Notes: a model not told the origin generated them from the sequence alone. 64,000 bases of DNA from an uncultured Clostridia bacterium (GCA_934631025.1 CAKTXR010000010.1:4842-68841), one strand, 5' to 3'; shown: positions 54,946-64,000, counted from the stretch's first letter. Translations and numbers: made by a program.

Positions 54946-55027
54946 GCGTTTTCGACGTTCGCCGAACAACGTTCCCCCGCCCATCGCTTTTTACCCCACC
55001 ATTCCACACCCCAGGGAGGTGTTTTTC

Positions 55028-56182
55028 ATGCCGGAGATCAACTGGTATCCCGGCCACATGGCCAAAACGCGCCGTATGCTGATCGAGCAGCTCAGCTCGG
55101 TCGACGCGGTGATCGAACTGTGCGACGCACGCGCCCCCCAGGCCACGCGCAATCCCGATCTCAACTACCTCTGCCGCGGCAAAACGCGCATATTGATCCT
55201 CAACAAGGCCGACCTGGCCAACGACGCGGTGACCTCCCGCTGGCTCGAGCATTATCGCCAGATGGGCCTGCACCCCATCCGCTTCAATTCAAACGGCGGC
55301 CGCACGCACGACGTGATGGCGTCCATCGAGGAGGCCTGCGCGCCCGCCATAGAGCGCATGAAGGCGCGCGGCGTGAACAAGACGGCGCGCCTGATGGTCA
55401 TCGGCATCCCCAACGTCGGCAAATCGACGTTCATCAACCGCATATTCGGCCGCACCATCGCGCAGGCCGGCGACCGCCCGGGCGTGACGCGCAGCAAGCA
55501 GTGGGTCAAGGTCGGGCCGTACCTCGAGCTGATGGACACCCCGGGTATGCTCTGGCCGCACCTGAGCGATCAGGGCGACGCGCGCCTGCTGGCCTATCTC
55601 GGCTCCATCCGCGATGAAATTCTGGACAGCGAGGGGCTGGCCATCGATCTGGTGAAGCTGCTGTTCTCCCTCGCGCCGCAGGCCGTGTGCGAGCGCTTCC
55701 ACATCACGCCCGAGGACGTCGATCCCCCGCAGCCTGAATACGACGGCGAGTGGCACGAAATGCCCACGGTGCTCGACCGCATCTGCGTCGGCCGCGGCTG
55801 GCTGCTCGCGGGCGGCAAGCCGGACGTCAGCCGCGCTTCGGCGCTCGTGCTGGACGAATTCCGCGCGGGGCTTATCGGCAAGATCTCCATCCAGAAGCCC
55901 GGCGAATACGCGCGCGACGCAGAGCCTGTCCATGTTTTGCAGGCCGAGCTGGACGAGCGCCCCGACATGAAGAAAAAGCCGCCGCGGCGCACGCCCTCCT
56001 CCCGCCCGCCGCACCGTGACGCGCCGCGCGGCGATGGAAAGAGCGCGCCGAAGAGCAAGGCCGCGCCCCGAAACAGCACTGCCAAGCCTGTAAAGAGCGC
56101 GCCGACGCGTTCCGGCTCAAGCGCCGCCAAGGGCAGGCCGAAGGGACGGCCAACCGGCCAGAGCCGCCGGCCGAAGGGATAA
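55028..56182 (+). CDS. rbgA: ribosome biogenesis GTPase YlqF/RbgA with long basic C-terminal extension
   Basis: INWYPGHMAKT...LNKADL...IGIPNVGKSTFIN...DTPG shows the circularly permuted GTPase motif order. GGGAGG lies before ATG 55028. A roughly 95-aa K/R/P/S-rich tail follows the core. Confidence 0.9.
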   Translation: MPEINWYPGHMAKTRRMLIEQLSSVDAVIELCDARAPQATRNPDLNYLCRGKTRILILNKADLANDAVTSRWLEHYRQMGLHPIRFNSNGGRTHDVMASIEEACAPAIERMKARGVNKTARLMVIGIPNVGKSTFINRIFGRTIAQAGDRPGVTRSKQWVKVGPYLELMDTPGMLWPHLSDQGDARLLAYLGSIRDEILDSEGLAIDLVKLLFSLAPQAVCERFHITPEDVDPPQPEYDGEWHEMPTVLDRICVGRGWLLAGGKPDVSRASALVLDEFRAGLIGKISIQKPGEYARDAEPVHVLQAELDERPDMKKKPPRRTPSSRPPHRDAPRGDGKSAPKSKAAPRNSTAKPVKSAPTRSGSSAAKGRPKGRPTGQSRRPKG

Positions 56183-56403
56183 AGGCAGCGCCCGACTCCG
56201 TTTCGCCTGAAAGCGCCGAGGAACGCGATGCGTCTCCTCGATTCCTGCGCTAAGGCGGCGCTCCTTGATCGCGGCGCTTCCCGCCCCCAGGCAGGACGGC
56301 CTTTTTGAAGGAACAGCCGCGCCGAATCGGCCCGCGCACAGGCGGACGGAAACGCCGCCGATTCGATATTCTTCCTCTCAACGCCTGATTTTTACGAACG
56401 GAA

Positions 56404-57045
56404 GTGACGAAAATGCCCCGCGAAACCGATCTTGAGCGCCTTGAGCGCATGACCGAATACGAAAAGGCGCTCTGGGCGCAGAATGTGCGCGTCGCCGGCA
56501 TGGACGAGGTAGGCCGCGGGCCGCTCGCCGGGCCGGTCGTGACGGCGTGCATCATCGTGCCGCCGGACAAGCTGGTATTGGGCGTGAACGATTCAAAAAA
56601 AGTCGCCGAAAAGAAGCGCGAAAAGCTCTACGATCTGCTGATGGAGCGCGCCGAGTACGTCCGCACGGGCTGGCGCACGCCGCAGGTCATCGACGAGATC
56701 AACATACTCGCCGCGACGAAATCCGCCATGGAGGAAGCCGCCGCCGGCGCTGAAAACGCGCATTTTCTGGTGGACGCGGTCACGGGTCTGCATCTGCCCG
56801 GCCCCGCCACGCCCATCATACACGGCGACGCGATCAGCTACATGATCGGCGCGGCCTCAATCATCGCCAAGGTGACGCGCGACCGCTACATGATCGAGCT
56901 GGACGCGAAATATCCCGAGTACGGCTTTGCCCGCAACAAGGGCTACGGCACGCCCGAACACATCGCCGCGCTGAAGAAGTACGGCCCCTGTCCGGAGCAT
57001 CGGCGCAGCTTTATCGCAGGCATACTGGGCGGTGACTCGGAATGA
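56404..57045 (+). CDS. rnhB: ribonuclease HII
   Basis: AGMDEVGRGPLAGPVV...DSKK...GDA....IGAASIIAKV are present. The start is either GTG 56404 or ATG 56413. Confidence 0.92.
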   Translation: MTKMPRETDLERLERMTEYEKALWAQNVRVAGMDEVGRGPLAGPVVTACIIVPPDKLVLGVNDSKKVAEKKREKLYDLLMERAEYVRTGWRTPQVIDEINILAATKSAMEEAAAGAENAHFLVDAVTGLHLPGPATPIIHGDAISYMIGAASIIAKVTRDRYMIELDAKYPEYGFARNKGYGTPEHIAALKKYGPCPEHRRSFIAGILGGDSE

Positions 57046-57392
57046 ACACGCGCGCCGTCGGCCGCATCGGCGAGGACATCGCTGTGAAATACCTCGTCGA
57101 GCGCAAAAACGCCCGCATCCTCGCGCGCAATTTCACCGTGCGCGGCGGCGAGATCGACGTTGTGGCGGAAATCGGCGGCGTGATCGCGTTCGTCGAGGTC
57201 AAGCTGCGCTCGTCCTCCGATCCGCACGAAGCCATCGGCTACACCAAGCAGAAGCGCCTTTCAAAGGCCGCCGCCATCTATCTCCAGAAAAACGGCCTGA
57301 CCGAGCGCTTTTCCCGCTTCGACGCGCTGCTCATACTGCCCGACGGTTCGATCGAATACATCGAGCAGGCCTTCGAGTATATCGAATCATAG
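57042..57392 (+). CDS. yraN: YraN family protein (UPF0102, endonuclease-like)
   Basis: GEDIAVKYLVERKNARILARNFTVRGGEIDVVA...FVEVK is present. It overlaps rnhB by 4 nt. Confidence 0.85.
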   Translation: MNTRAVGRIGEDIAVKYLVERKNARILARNFTVRGGEIDVVAEIGGVIAFVEVKLRSSSDPHEAIGYTKQKRLSKAAAIYLQKNGLTERFSRFDALLILPDGSIEYIEQAFEYIES

Positions 57393-57454
57393 CCGCCTGC
57401 ATAAAGCAAGACCCCTCGGATTTTCTCCGGCGGGCCTTGTTTTTATGCGTCTAA

Positions 57455-57596
57455 TTGTCGTCAGACTCCGGTCTGTTTGTACCTTTACAGACCAGAGTCT
57501 GTTTTTGTTTCAGTGGGCGCAGTTAAAGTGTGAAACAGGCCGTCCCGCATTGATTTTTCATTGAGACTACGGTCTGTTTTCAGAGACAGACGACAA
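57455..57596 (+). repeat. 142-bp element bounded by an 8-bp inverted repeat and containing three CAGAC/GTCTG hairpins
   Basis: TTGTCGTC (57455-57462) pairs with GACGACAA (57589-57596). The hairpins are CAGAC-TCCG-GTCTG (57462-57475), ACAGAC-CAGA-GTCTGT (57487-57502, followed by a T-run) and AGAC-TACG-GTCT (57564-57575, followed by a T-run). Confidence 0.7.
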
Positions 57597-57631
57597 AGAG
57601 CGCGCCGGATATGGCTCTGACGCGCTCTGTT
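57597..57631 (-). terminator. hslU intrinsic terminator
   Basis: On the minus strand, AGAGCGCG...CGCGCUCU is followed by UUGU. Confidence 0.6.
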
Positions 57632-57643
57632 TGATCTGTGTGA

Positions 57644-59008
57644 TTAGAGAATATAGCGTTTCAGATCGGGCTGTTCCTTGATCTTCATCTGACGCGCGAC
57701 GTAATCCGCGTCCACCTCCACGCGCACCTCGGGGCAATCGCCGCCGCCCGCGTTGAAGGCGATGTCGTTGAGCAGCTCCTCCAGCACGGTGTGAAGCCGG
57801 CGCGCGCCTATGTTTTCCATCTGCTCGTTTGCGGCGTAGGCCTGCTCGGCGATCAGCTGAAGCGCCGATTCATCGAACGACAGATCCACCTTGTCCACGG
57901 CCAGCAGCGCCTGATACTGGCGGATCAGCGCGTTTTCGGGCTGCGTCAGGATGCGCTTGTAGTCCTCCACGGTGAGCGGCTTCAGCTCGACGCGCACCGG
58001 GAAGCGGCCCTGCAATTCGGGGATCAGATCGGACACCTTCGAGACATGGAACGCGCCCGCCGCGATGAACAGCACATGGTCGGTCTTGACCGGCCCGTAC
58101 TTGGTCTGCACGGTGCAGCCCTCGACGATGGGCAGTATGTCGCGCTGCACGCCCTCGCGGGATACGTCGGGGCCGTGGCCGGACGCCTTGCCCGCCACCT
58201 TGTCGATCTCATCAATGAACACGATGCCGTCCTGCTCGGCGCGCTCGATGGCCTCGGAATACACCGCGTCCATGTCGATGAGGTTCTGCTCCTCCTCGTT
58301 GATGAGTATGCGCCGCGCTTCCTGCACCTCGACCTTGCGGATCTTGGTTTTCTTCGGCATGATGCCGCCCAGCACGTCGTTCATGTTCACATCGGTGCCT
58401 GGGATTTCGTTGTGGGGCGTGATTTCCTCCACTTCGATCTCGACCAGGCGATGCTCCAGCTCGCCGGATCTGAGCTGCGCGATTACCTCGCCGCGCTTTT
58501 TGCTCAGCTGCGCCTGCTCCTCGGCCGGCAGCTCGGGCGTGCGCGGCTTGTTGCCCAGCAGCACGTCGATCGGATTGGGCGCCTTTTTCGCCGCCGGCTG
58601 AATGATCAGATCGGCCAGGCGCACCTCGGCGCGCTCGCAAGCTTTGACATGAACGCGCGATTGATGGATCTCCTTGGTCAGGCGGATGGACGTTTCGACC
58701 AGATCGCGGATGATCGTCTCCACATCGCGGCCGACATAGCCCACCTCGGTGAACTTGGTCGCCTCGACCTTGACGAACGGCGCGTCCACCAGCTTGGCCA
58801 GACGGCGCGCAATCTCGGTCTTGCCCACGCCGGTGGGGCCGACCATCAGGATGTTTTTCGGCGTGACCTCTTCCTGCATCTCTTTGGGGAGCTGCGCGCG
58901 GCGGTAGCGATTGCGCAGCGCCACGGCGACGGCGCGCTTGGCGTCCTCCTGACCGACGATATAGCGGTCAAGCTCGTGGACAATTTCACGGGGCGTCAGC
59001 TGATTCAT
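57644..59008 (-). CDS. hslU: ATP-dependent protease ATPase subunit HslU
   Basis: [39 protein letters not shown] and the C-terminal DLKRYIL are present. Confidence 0.96.
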   Translation of the reverse strand: MNQLTPREIVHELDRYIVGQEDAKRAVAVALRNRYRRAQLPKEMQEEVTPKNILMVGPTGVGKTEIARRLAKLVDAPFVKVEATKFTEVGYVGRDVETIIRDLVETSIRLTKEIHQSRVHVKACERAEVRLADLIIQPAAKKAPNPIDVLLGNKPRTPELPAEEQAQLSKKRGEVIAQLRSGELEHRLVEIEVEEITPHNEIPGTDVNMNDVLGGIMPKKTKIRKVEVQEARRILINEEEQNLIDMDAVYSEAIERAEQDGIVFIDEIDKVAGKASGHGPDVSREGVQRDILPIVEGCTVQTKYGPVKTDHVLFIAAGAFHVSKVSDLIPELQGRFPVRVELKPLTVEDYKRILTQPENALIRQYQALLAVDKVDLSFDESALQLIAEQAYAANEQMENIGARRLHTVLEELLNDIAFNAGGGDCPEVRVEVDADYVARQMKIKEQPDLKRYIL

Positions 59009-59544
59009 GCGTCGATCACCTCCACGCGGATGTGGTCGTTGGTATAGACGCAGATCGACGCGGCGATGTGCAGCGCCTTTTCGGCGATTTCGGCGGCGTT
59101 GAGATCGGTGTTTTCCAGCAGAGCGCGCGCCGCGGCCAGCGCGTAATTGCCGCCCGAGCCAATGGCCAGCACGTCGTCGTCCGGCTCGATCACCTCGCCC
59201 GTGCCCGAAATCAGCATGAGATTTTCCTTATCGGCGCAGATCAGCATGGCCTCCAGCTTGCGCATGGCCTTGTCCTGCCGCCATTCCATGGCCAGCTCGA
59301 CCGCCGCGCGCTGAAGATTGCCCGCGAACTGCGTGAGCTTGGTCTCCAGCCGCTCGCACAGCGCGAACGCGTCGGCCACAGTGCCCGCAAAGCCGGTGAT
59401 CACCTGTCCGTTGAATATGCGGCGCACCTTCACAGCGCCGTTTTTCATGACGACGCTCTCGCCCATCGTCACCTGACCGTCGCCCGCCACGGCAATCTGC
59501 CCATTGCGGCGAACGGCGCAAATCGTTGTTCCTCGTATGCTCAT
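59005..59544 (-). CDS. hslV: ATP-dependent protease subunit HslV
   Basis: [26 protein letters not shown] contains the N-terminal Thr nucleophile context. It forms an ATGA overlap with hslU. Confidence 0.95.
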   Translation of the reverse strand: MSIRGTTICAVRRNGQIAVAGDGQVTMGESVVMKNGAVKVRRIFNGQVITGFAGTVADAFALCERLETKLTQFAGNLQRAAVELAMEWRQDKAMRKLEAMLICADKENLMLISGTGEVIEPDDDVLAIGSGGNYALAAARALLENTDLNAAEIAEKALHIAASICVYTNDHIRVEVIDA

Positions 59545-59628
59545 GATATGCTGCCTTTCTGCGAAAGCCGCTCATCGGGGCGCTTTCGCCCGTTCGGATA
59601 AAACCTCCCCGCGTTTATGATCGTCTCT

Positions 59629-60942
59629 TCAGGGATTATAGCGCGCAATCGCGGCCTTCATCGCGTCCACGGCGCGCTCGCTCATGCGCTCATAGCGGAA
59701 TTTCTTGCCGCGAACGCGCTCCTCAAGCGGATCGAGTATGCCGAAGTTGGCGTTCATCGGCTGGAAATCGGCCGTCTCGGTGATCGTGTGCCGCACGAGC
59801 GCGCCCATGACGGTCGTCGTCGGCAGCTCGATCTCCTCGCGCCCCTCAAGGCGCATGGCCAGACCGATCGCCGCCGTCATGCCGCTGGCCGCCGATTCGA
59901 CATAGCCCTCCACGCCGGTCATCTGCCCGGCGAAGCGGATCAGCGGATCGGCCGCAAGCGCGTAGTTTCTGCCCAGCACGCGCGGGCTGTCGAGATAGGT
60001 GTTGCGGTGCATCACGCCGTAGCGCGCGTATTCGGCGTGCTCAAGGCCGGGAATCAGACCGAACACCCGCTTCTGCTCGCCCCATTTAAGGCGCGTCTGA
60101 AAGCCGACGATGTTGTACAGCGTGCCGGCCGCATTGTCCTGCCGCAGCTGCACCACGGCAAAGGGCTGCTTCCCCGTGTGCGGATCGACCAGCCCGACCG
60201 GCTTGAGCGGCCCGAAGGCCAGCGTCATGCGGCCGCGTCCGGCCAGAATTTCGACGGCCAGACAGCCCTCGAACACCAGCTTTTTCTCGAAATCGTGAAT
60301 CTCGGCCGTCTCCGCCGAGACGAGCGCGTCGTAAAAGGCGTAATATTCCTGCTCGGTCATCGGGCAGTTGATATAGTCGTCGCCCTCGCCGCGGCCATAG
60401 CGCGAGGCCCTGAACGCGCGGGTCATGTCGATTGATTCCGCCGTCACGATGGGCGCTTCCGCGTCGAAAAAGTGCAGGCTCTTCATACCGGGCAGCCGCT
60501 CGATCGCGCCCGCCAGCGCGCCGTCGGTCAATGGGCCCGTGGCGACGATGCAGGGTGCGTCCGGAATCTCGGTCACGGTCTCGCGAACCACCTCGCAGAG
60601 CGGATGATTCGTCAGCGTTTCGGTCACGATCTGCGAAAACCGCTCGCGATCGACCGCCAGCGCGCCGCCGGCCGGAACGCGCGCTTCCTCAGCCGCGCGC
60701 AGTATCAGCGAATCAAAGAGCTTCATCTCGGCCTTGAGCAGCCCCGACGCGTTGGTCAGGTGCTCGGCCTTGAGCGAATTGGAGCACACCAGCTCGGCAA
60801 AGCCGCCCGTCACATGCGCGGGCGTTGACTTTTCAGGGCGCATTTCGATCAGCCGAACCGGAATGCCGCGCCGCAGGAGCTGCCAGGCCGCCTCGCTGCC
60901 GGCCAGCCCCGCCCCCACGACGGTTACGCGTTTGTCATTCAT
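59629..60942 (-). CDS. trmFO: methylenetetrahydrofolate--tRNA-(uracil-5-)-methyltransferase TrmFO
   Basis: VTVVGAGLAGSEAAWQL...ELVCSNS...FAGQMTGVEGYVES are present. ATG 60942 overlaps the topA end by 8 nt. Confidence 0.95.
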   Translation of the reverse strand: MNDKRVTVVGAGLAGSEAAWQLLRRGIPVRLIEMRPEKSTPAHVTGGFAELVCSNSLKAEHLTNASGLLKAEMKLFDSLILRAAEEARVPAGGALAVDRERFSQIVTETLTNHPLCEVVRETVTEIPDAPCIVATGPLTDGALAGAIERLPGMKSLHFFDAEAPIVTAESIDMTRAFRASRYGRGEGDDYINCPMTEQEYYAFYDALVSAETAEIHDFEKKLVFEGCLAVEILAGRGRMTLAFGPLKPVGLVDPHTGKQPFAVVQLRQDNAAGTLYNIVGFQTRLKWGEQKRVFGLIPGLEHAEYARYGVMHRNTYLDSPRVLGRNYALAADPLIRFAGQMTGVEGYVESAASGMTAAIGLAMRLEGREEIELPTTTVMGALVRHTITETADFQPMNANFGILDPLEERVRGKKFRYERMSERAVDAMKAAIARYNP

Positions 60943-63046
60943 CACTCTCGTCGTTTCCTCCGCCGCTCTCCACCTCAACGCGGTGGCGGCACTGCTCGTT
61001 TACGCAGACGTGCCAGACCTCGCCCTTGCGGCCGCGCTTCAGCACCATGCGGCCCCCGCAGACGGGACACTTGTCGTCCACCGGCTGCTCCCAGCTGACA
61101 AACTCGCACTCGGGATAGTGCTCGCAGCCGTAGAACTTGCGCCCCTTGCGGCTCATGCGCTCGATCATGCGGCCGCCGCACTCGGGGCAGGTCGCGTCGA
61201 TGTACTTGAGGATGGGCATGGTGTTGTGGCAGGCCGGAAAGTTCGGGCAGGCCAGGAAGCGGCCGAAGCGGCCGGTCTTGTAGACCATCATCGCGCCGCA
61301 CTTGTCGCACGGAATGTCGGACACCTCGTCGACCACCTCGACCTTTTCGATGGTGGCTTCGGCCTTGTCGAGGGACTCCTTGAACGGGCCGTAGAACTCG
61401 CTGATGACCTCGTGCCAGTCCAGCTTGCCCTCTTCAACCTCGTCCAGCTTTTCCTCCATGTCGGCGGTGAACTGGATGTTGATGATGTCCGGAAAGTGCT
61501 TTTTCATCATCTCGGTGATGACCAGCCCCAGCTCGGTGGGCATAAGGCGCTTCTTTTCCCGGGAAATGTAGCCGCGCGCCATGATCGTAGTGATCGTGGG
61601 CGCATAGGTAGACGGGCGGCCGATGCCCTTGTCCTCCAGCGCGCGGATGAGCGACGCTTCGGTATAGCGGGGCGGCGGCATGGTGAATTTCTGGTCGGCC
61701 TGCACGTCGGTGAGTGTGGTAGACGCGCCCTCAGTCAGCGCGGGCATGCCGTCGTTTTCCTCGGCCTGCGCGTCGTCCACGCCCTCCTCATAGACCGTCG
61801 TAAAGCCCGCAAAGCGCATCCGCGAGCCGTTGGCGCGCATGAGTATGCCGTCGCCGGTGATGTCGGCGGACAGCGTGTCGTACACGGCGGGCGTCATCTG
61901 GCTGGCGACAAAGCGCGCATAGATCAGCTTGTAGAGCTTGTACTGATCGCGCGAAAGCGAGCCTTTGATGGCGTCGGGCCTGCGCAGCACGTCGGTTGGA
62001 CGGATGGCTTCATGCGCGTCCTGCGCGCTGCGGCGGCTCTTGTAGCGGTTCGGCTCCTCGGGCACATAGTCGGCGCCGTAGGTGTCGGCGATCATGCCGC
62101 GCGCCGCGGCGATGGCTTCCTCGGATACGCGCGTGCTGTCGGTTCTGATATAGGAAACCAGACCCTGCGTGCCCTCGCCCTCGACGTCCACGCCCTCGTA
62201 GAGCTGCTGGGCGATCTGCATGGTCTTGAGCGTCGTAAAGCCCAGCTTGCGCGAGGCCTCCTGCTGGAGGTTCGACGTGGTAAACGGCGCGGCGGGATAT
62301 TTACGCCGCTCGCCCAGACGCACCGCGCCGATGGTGAAGGCGGCTTTTTTCATGCGCGCGACCACCGCGTCGGCTTCGTCCTTGTTGTGCAGCTCGCTCT
62401 CGCCGTCGCAGGAGACGAAGCGCGTGTTGAACAGCGAGCCGTCGTCCGCCTTGAACGTGCCGCCGATGACCCAGTATTCCTCCGGCACGAACTCGTCGAT
62501 TTCCCGCTCGCGGTCGCAGATCATGGCCGTGGCCACGCTCTGAACGCGGCCGGCGCTCAGGCCCTTGTGGACCTTCGACCAGAGCAGCGGGCTGATCTTA
62601 TAGCCCACCAGACGGTCGAGCACGCGGCGCGCCTGCTGCGCGTTGACCAGATCCATATCGATCGGGCGGCTCGACTTGATGGCCGTCTTGACCGCCTTGT
62701 TGGTGATTTCAAAAAACTCCACGCGGCAGGCTTCCTCGGCCTTGATGTTCAGCACGTTCGCCAGATGCCAGGATATGGCCTCTCCCTCGCGGTCCGGGTC
62801 GGTTGCGAGATAGATCTTCGTGGCGTTTTTAGCCTCGCGGCGAATCCTGTCCAGAATTTCGCCGCGACCGCGGATGGTGATATACTTCGGCTCGAAGCCG
62901 TTGTCTATGTCGACGCCGATCTGCGACTTGGGCAGATCGCGGACGTGTCCGTTCGAGGCCTCCACCTTGTAGCCCCGCCCCAGGAATTTGCCGATGGTAT
63001 GCGCCTTCGCCGGCGACTCGACGATTACGAGCTTGTGCGTCGTCAT
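60935..63046 (-). CDS. topA: DNA topoisomerase I
   Basis: It has the TOPRIM motif LVIVESPAKA, the active-site context SYIRTDS, and C-terminal Cys4 zinc ribbons. Confidence 0.96.
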   Translation of the reverse strand: MTTHKLVIVESPAKAHTIGKFLGRGYKVEASNGHVRDLPKSQIGVDIDNGFEPKYITIRGRGEILDRIRREAKNATKIYLATDPDREGEAISWHLANVLNIKAEEACRVEFFEITNKAVKTAIKSSRPIDMDLVNAQQARRVLDRLVGYKISPLLWSKVHKGLSAGRVQSVATAMICDREREIDEFVPEEYWVIGGTFKADDGSLFNTRFVSCDGESELHNKDEADAVVARMKKAAFTIGAVRLGERRKYPAAPFTTSNLQQEASRKLGFTTLKTMQIAQQLYEGVDVEGEGTQGLVSYIRTDSTRVSEEAIAAARGMIADTYGADYVPEEPNRYKSRRSAQDAHEAIRPTDVLRRPDAIKGSLSRDQYKLYKLIYARFVASQMTPAVYDTLSADITGDGILMRANGSRMRFAGFTTVYEEGVDDAQAEENDGMPALTEGASTTLTDVQADQKFTMPPPRYTEASLIRALEDKGIGRPSTYAPTITTIMARGYISREKKRLMPTELGLVITEMMKKHFPDIINIQFTADMEEKLDEVEEGKLDWHEVISEFYGPFKESLDKAEATIEKVEVVDEVSDIPCDKCGAMMVYKTGRFGRFLACPNFPACHNTMPILKYIDATCPECGGRMIERMSRKGRKFYGCEHYPECEFVSWEQPVDDKCPVCGGRMVLKRGRKGEVWHVCVNEQCRHRVEVESGGGNDESDE

Positions 63047-63096
63047 GAATTAAACTACCCCTCCGTTATGGCGTTCGGTTTCGCTCTGCGCGGCCC

Positions 63097-64000
63097 TCAG
63101 ACGATTGCGCGATACATTTTACCGGCCGCCTGTCTTATTATTCCCTGCATTTCAAGGATTGTCAAGAGTGAATTTAGGCTTGAAACGTCCATTTTCATGG
63201 CATTTGCCAGCTCGTCGAAGGATTTTTCTTCATATTTTAACATTTCAACGAGCTTGAGCGACGGCCCGTCCAGCTCCGGCATATCGCCCGCCGCCTTTTC
63301 GGACGGGGCTGCGCGCCAGCCGTAATAGTCGGTGACCTGCCGCGCGCCCAGACAGATCTGCGCGCCCTCGAGCAGGAGCCGGTTCGTGCCCTCATAGGCG
63401 GCCGAGTACACCGAGCCGGGCACGGCAAAGCGCGGACGGCGCTGCTCGCGCGCGTAGCGCATGGTGATCATCGCGCCCGAGCGGAGCGTGCCTTCGCCCA
63501 TCAGCACGCCGTCCGACAGGCCGGATATGATGCGGTTGCGCCGGGGAAATGTGTGATCGGCCGGCGGATAGCCCGGGGGGTATTCGGACAGCAGCGCGCC
63601 GCCCTCGTCGATGATGCGCGCGGCCAGCTCCCTGTTCTCCGGCGGATAGATGATGTCCGGCCCGCTGCCCAGCACGGCCAGCGTCGGCGCGCCGCCCTCA
63701 AGGCAGCCCATGTGCGCGTGCGTGTCGATGCCCGCCGCCAGTCCAGAGACGATGCACACGCCGACTCTCGCCAGATCGCCCGCGACGGTCTGCACAAAGC
63801 GCATGCCGTCCACCGTCGCCTTGCGCGAGCCGACGATGGCGAACGCCTTATCGGGATTGAGCGCCCTGTGATCGCCGCGCAGATAGACTGTGGGCGGCGC
63901 TTCGGCAATGGCGCGCAGCCGGTCGGGATATTCGTCGTCCAGCTGCGTCACGGCGGCGACATTGCGCTTTTCCAGCCGCTCCATCAGATTGTCCATATAC
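63097..64000 (-). CDS. dprA: DNA-processing protein DprA (N-terminus lies beyond the window end)
   Basis: AIVGSRKAT..G.....VAGDLA..GV.IVSGLA.GIDT.AH and PRRNRIISGLS are present. The frame is still open at position 64000. Confidence 0.88.
   Translation of the reverse strand, partial: YMDNLMERLEKRNVAAVTQLDDEYPDRLRAIAEAPPTVYLRGDHRALNPDKAFAIVGSRKATVDGMRFVQTVAGDLARVGVCIVSGLAAGIDTHAHMGCLEGGAPTLAVLGSGPDIIYPPENRELAARIIDEGGALLSEYPPGYPPADHTFPRRNRIISGLSDGVLMGEGTLRSGAMITMRYAREQRRPRFAVPGSVYSAAYEGTNRLLLEGAQICLGARQVTDYYGWRAAPSEKAAGDMPELDGPSLKLVEMLKYEEKSFDELANAMKMDVSSLNSLLTILEMQGIIRQAAGKMYRAIV

Noticed and set aside
54404-55273. The 289-aa minus-strand ORF, and the N-terminal 70 aa of track ORF 54818..56182, both over the repeat array.
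   Set aside because: RbgA homology begins at ATG 55028, which has a GGGAGG SD. The other ORFs are read-through of repeat DNA, have no SD, give Arg/Ser/His-rich products, and their frames are interrupted in neighbouring units.
57445-57567. A 40-aa ORF (MRLIVVRLRSVCTFTDQSLFLFQW...) across the hairpin element.
   Set aside because: There is no SD. The ATG lies in the U-tract of the yraN terminator, and the peptide sequence is dictated by the palindromes.

Overview
This is a GC-rich chromosomal segment with strong GC3 bias. Gene content and synteny look like a Clostridia (Oscillospirales-type) Firmicute, which is an inference. I call about 62 protein genes, one tRNA-Lys(UUU), one Trp T-box leader, and a set of promoters and intrinsic terminators. 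I found no rRNA, CRISPR array, transposase, integrase or obvious prophage.

Most of the window is housekeeping, in familiar syntenic blocks:
- dprA-topA-trmFO-hslV-hslU (minus strand, right end).
- ylxM-ffh-rpsP-khpA-(EEP nuclease)-rimM-trmD-rplS-(repeat array)-rbgA-rnhB-yraN (plus strand).
- tig-clpP-clpX (minus strand).
- trpS behind a T-box, and glyA.
- A tightly coupled xth-HAD-AlkD-phosphatase-MFS operon.

Accessory content:
- An hcp / 4Fe-4S / HcpR-like nitrosative-stress unit.
- An AraC-controlled oxidoreductase / TIM-barrel / GH109-like / nagB sugar locus.
- A two-glycosidase plus N-acetylhexosamine-kinase locus.
- A glpA-like FAD-oxidoreductase / DUF1667 operon with a leader attenuator.
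- A lipoprotein barnase plus barstar pair.

Nothing here looks like a recognisable defence or mobile system. The signals not explained by ordinary annotation are:
1. A low-GC islet with two unannotated 27-28 aa hydrophobic peptides, one overlapping an AbrB/MazE-like 64-aa gene.
2. A degenerate array of about 115-nt tandem repeats between rplS and rbgA, with a dispersed partial copy.
3. A 142-bp element bounded by inverted repeats and packed with CAGAC/GTCTG hairpins, with relatives elsewhere in the window.
4. A 481-aa orphan protein carrying near-perfect 48-bp tandem repeats.
5. A histidine-phosphatase gene whose only plausible start is ATT.
6. Three helically phased PurBox-like sites upstream of glyA.

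Many very long ORFs in the supplied track are antisense shadow ORFs typical of GC-rich DNA, and I rejected them.
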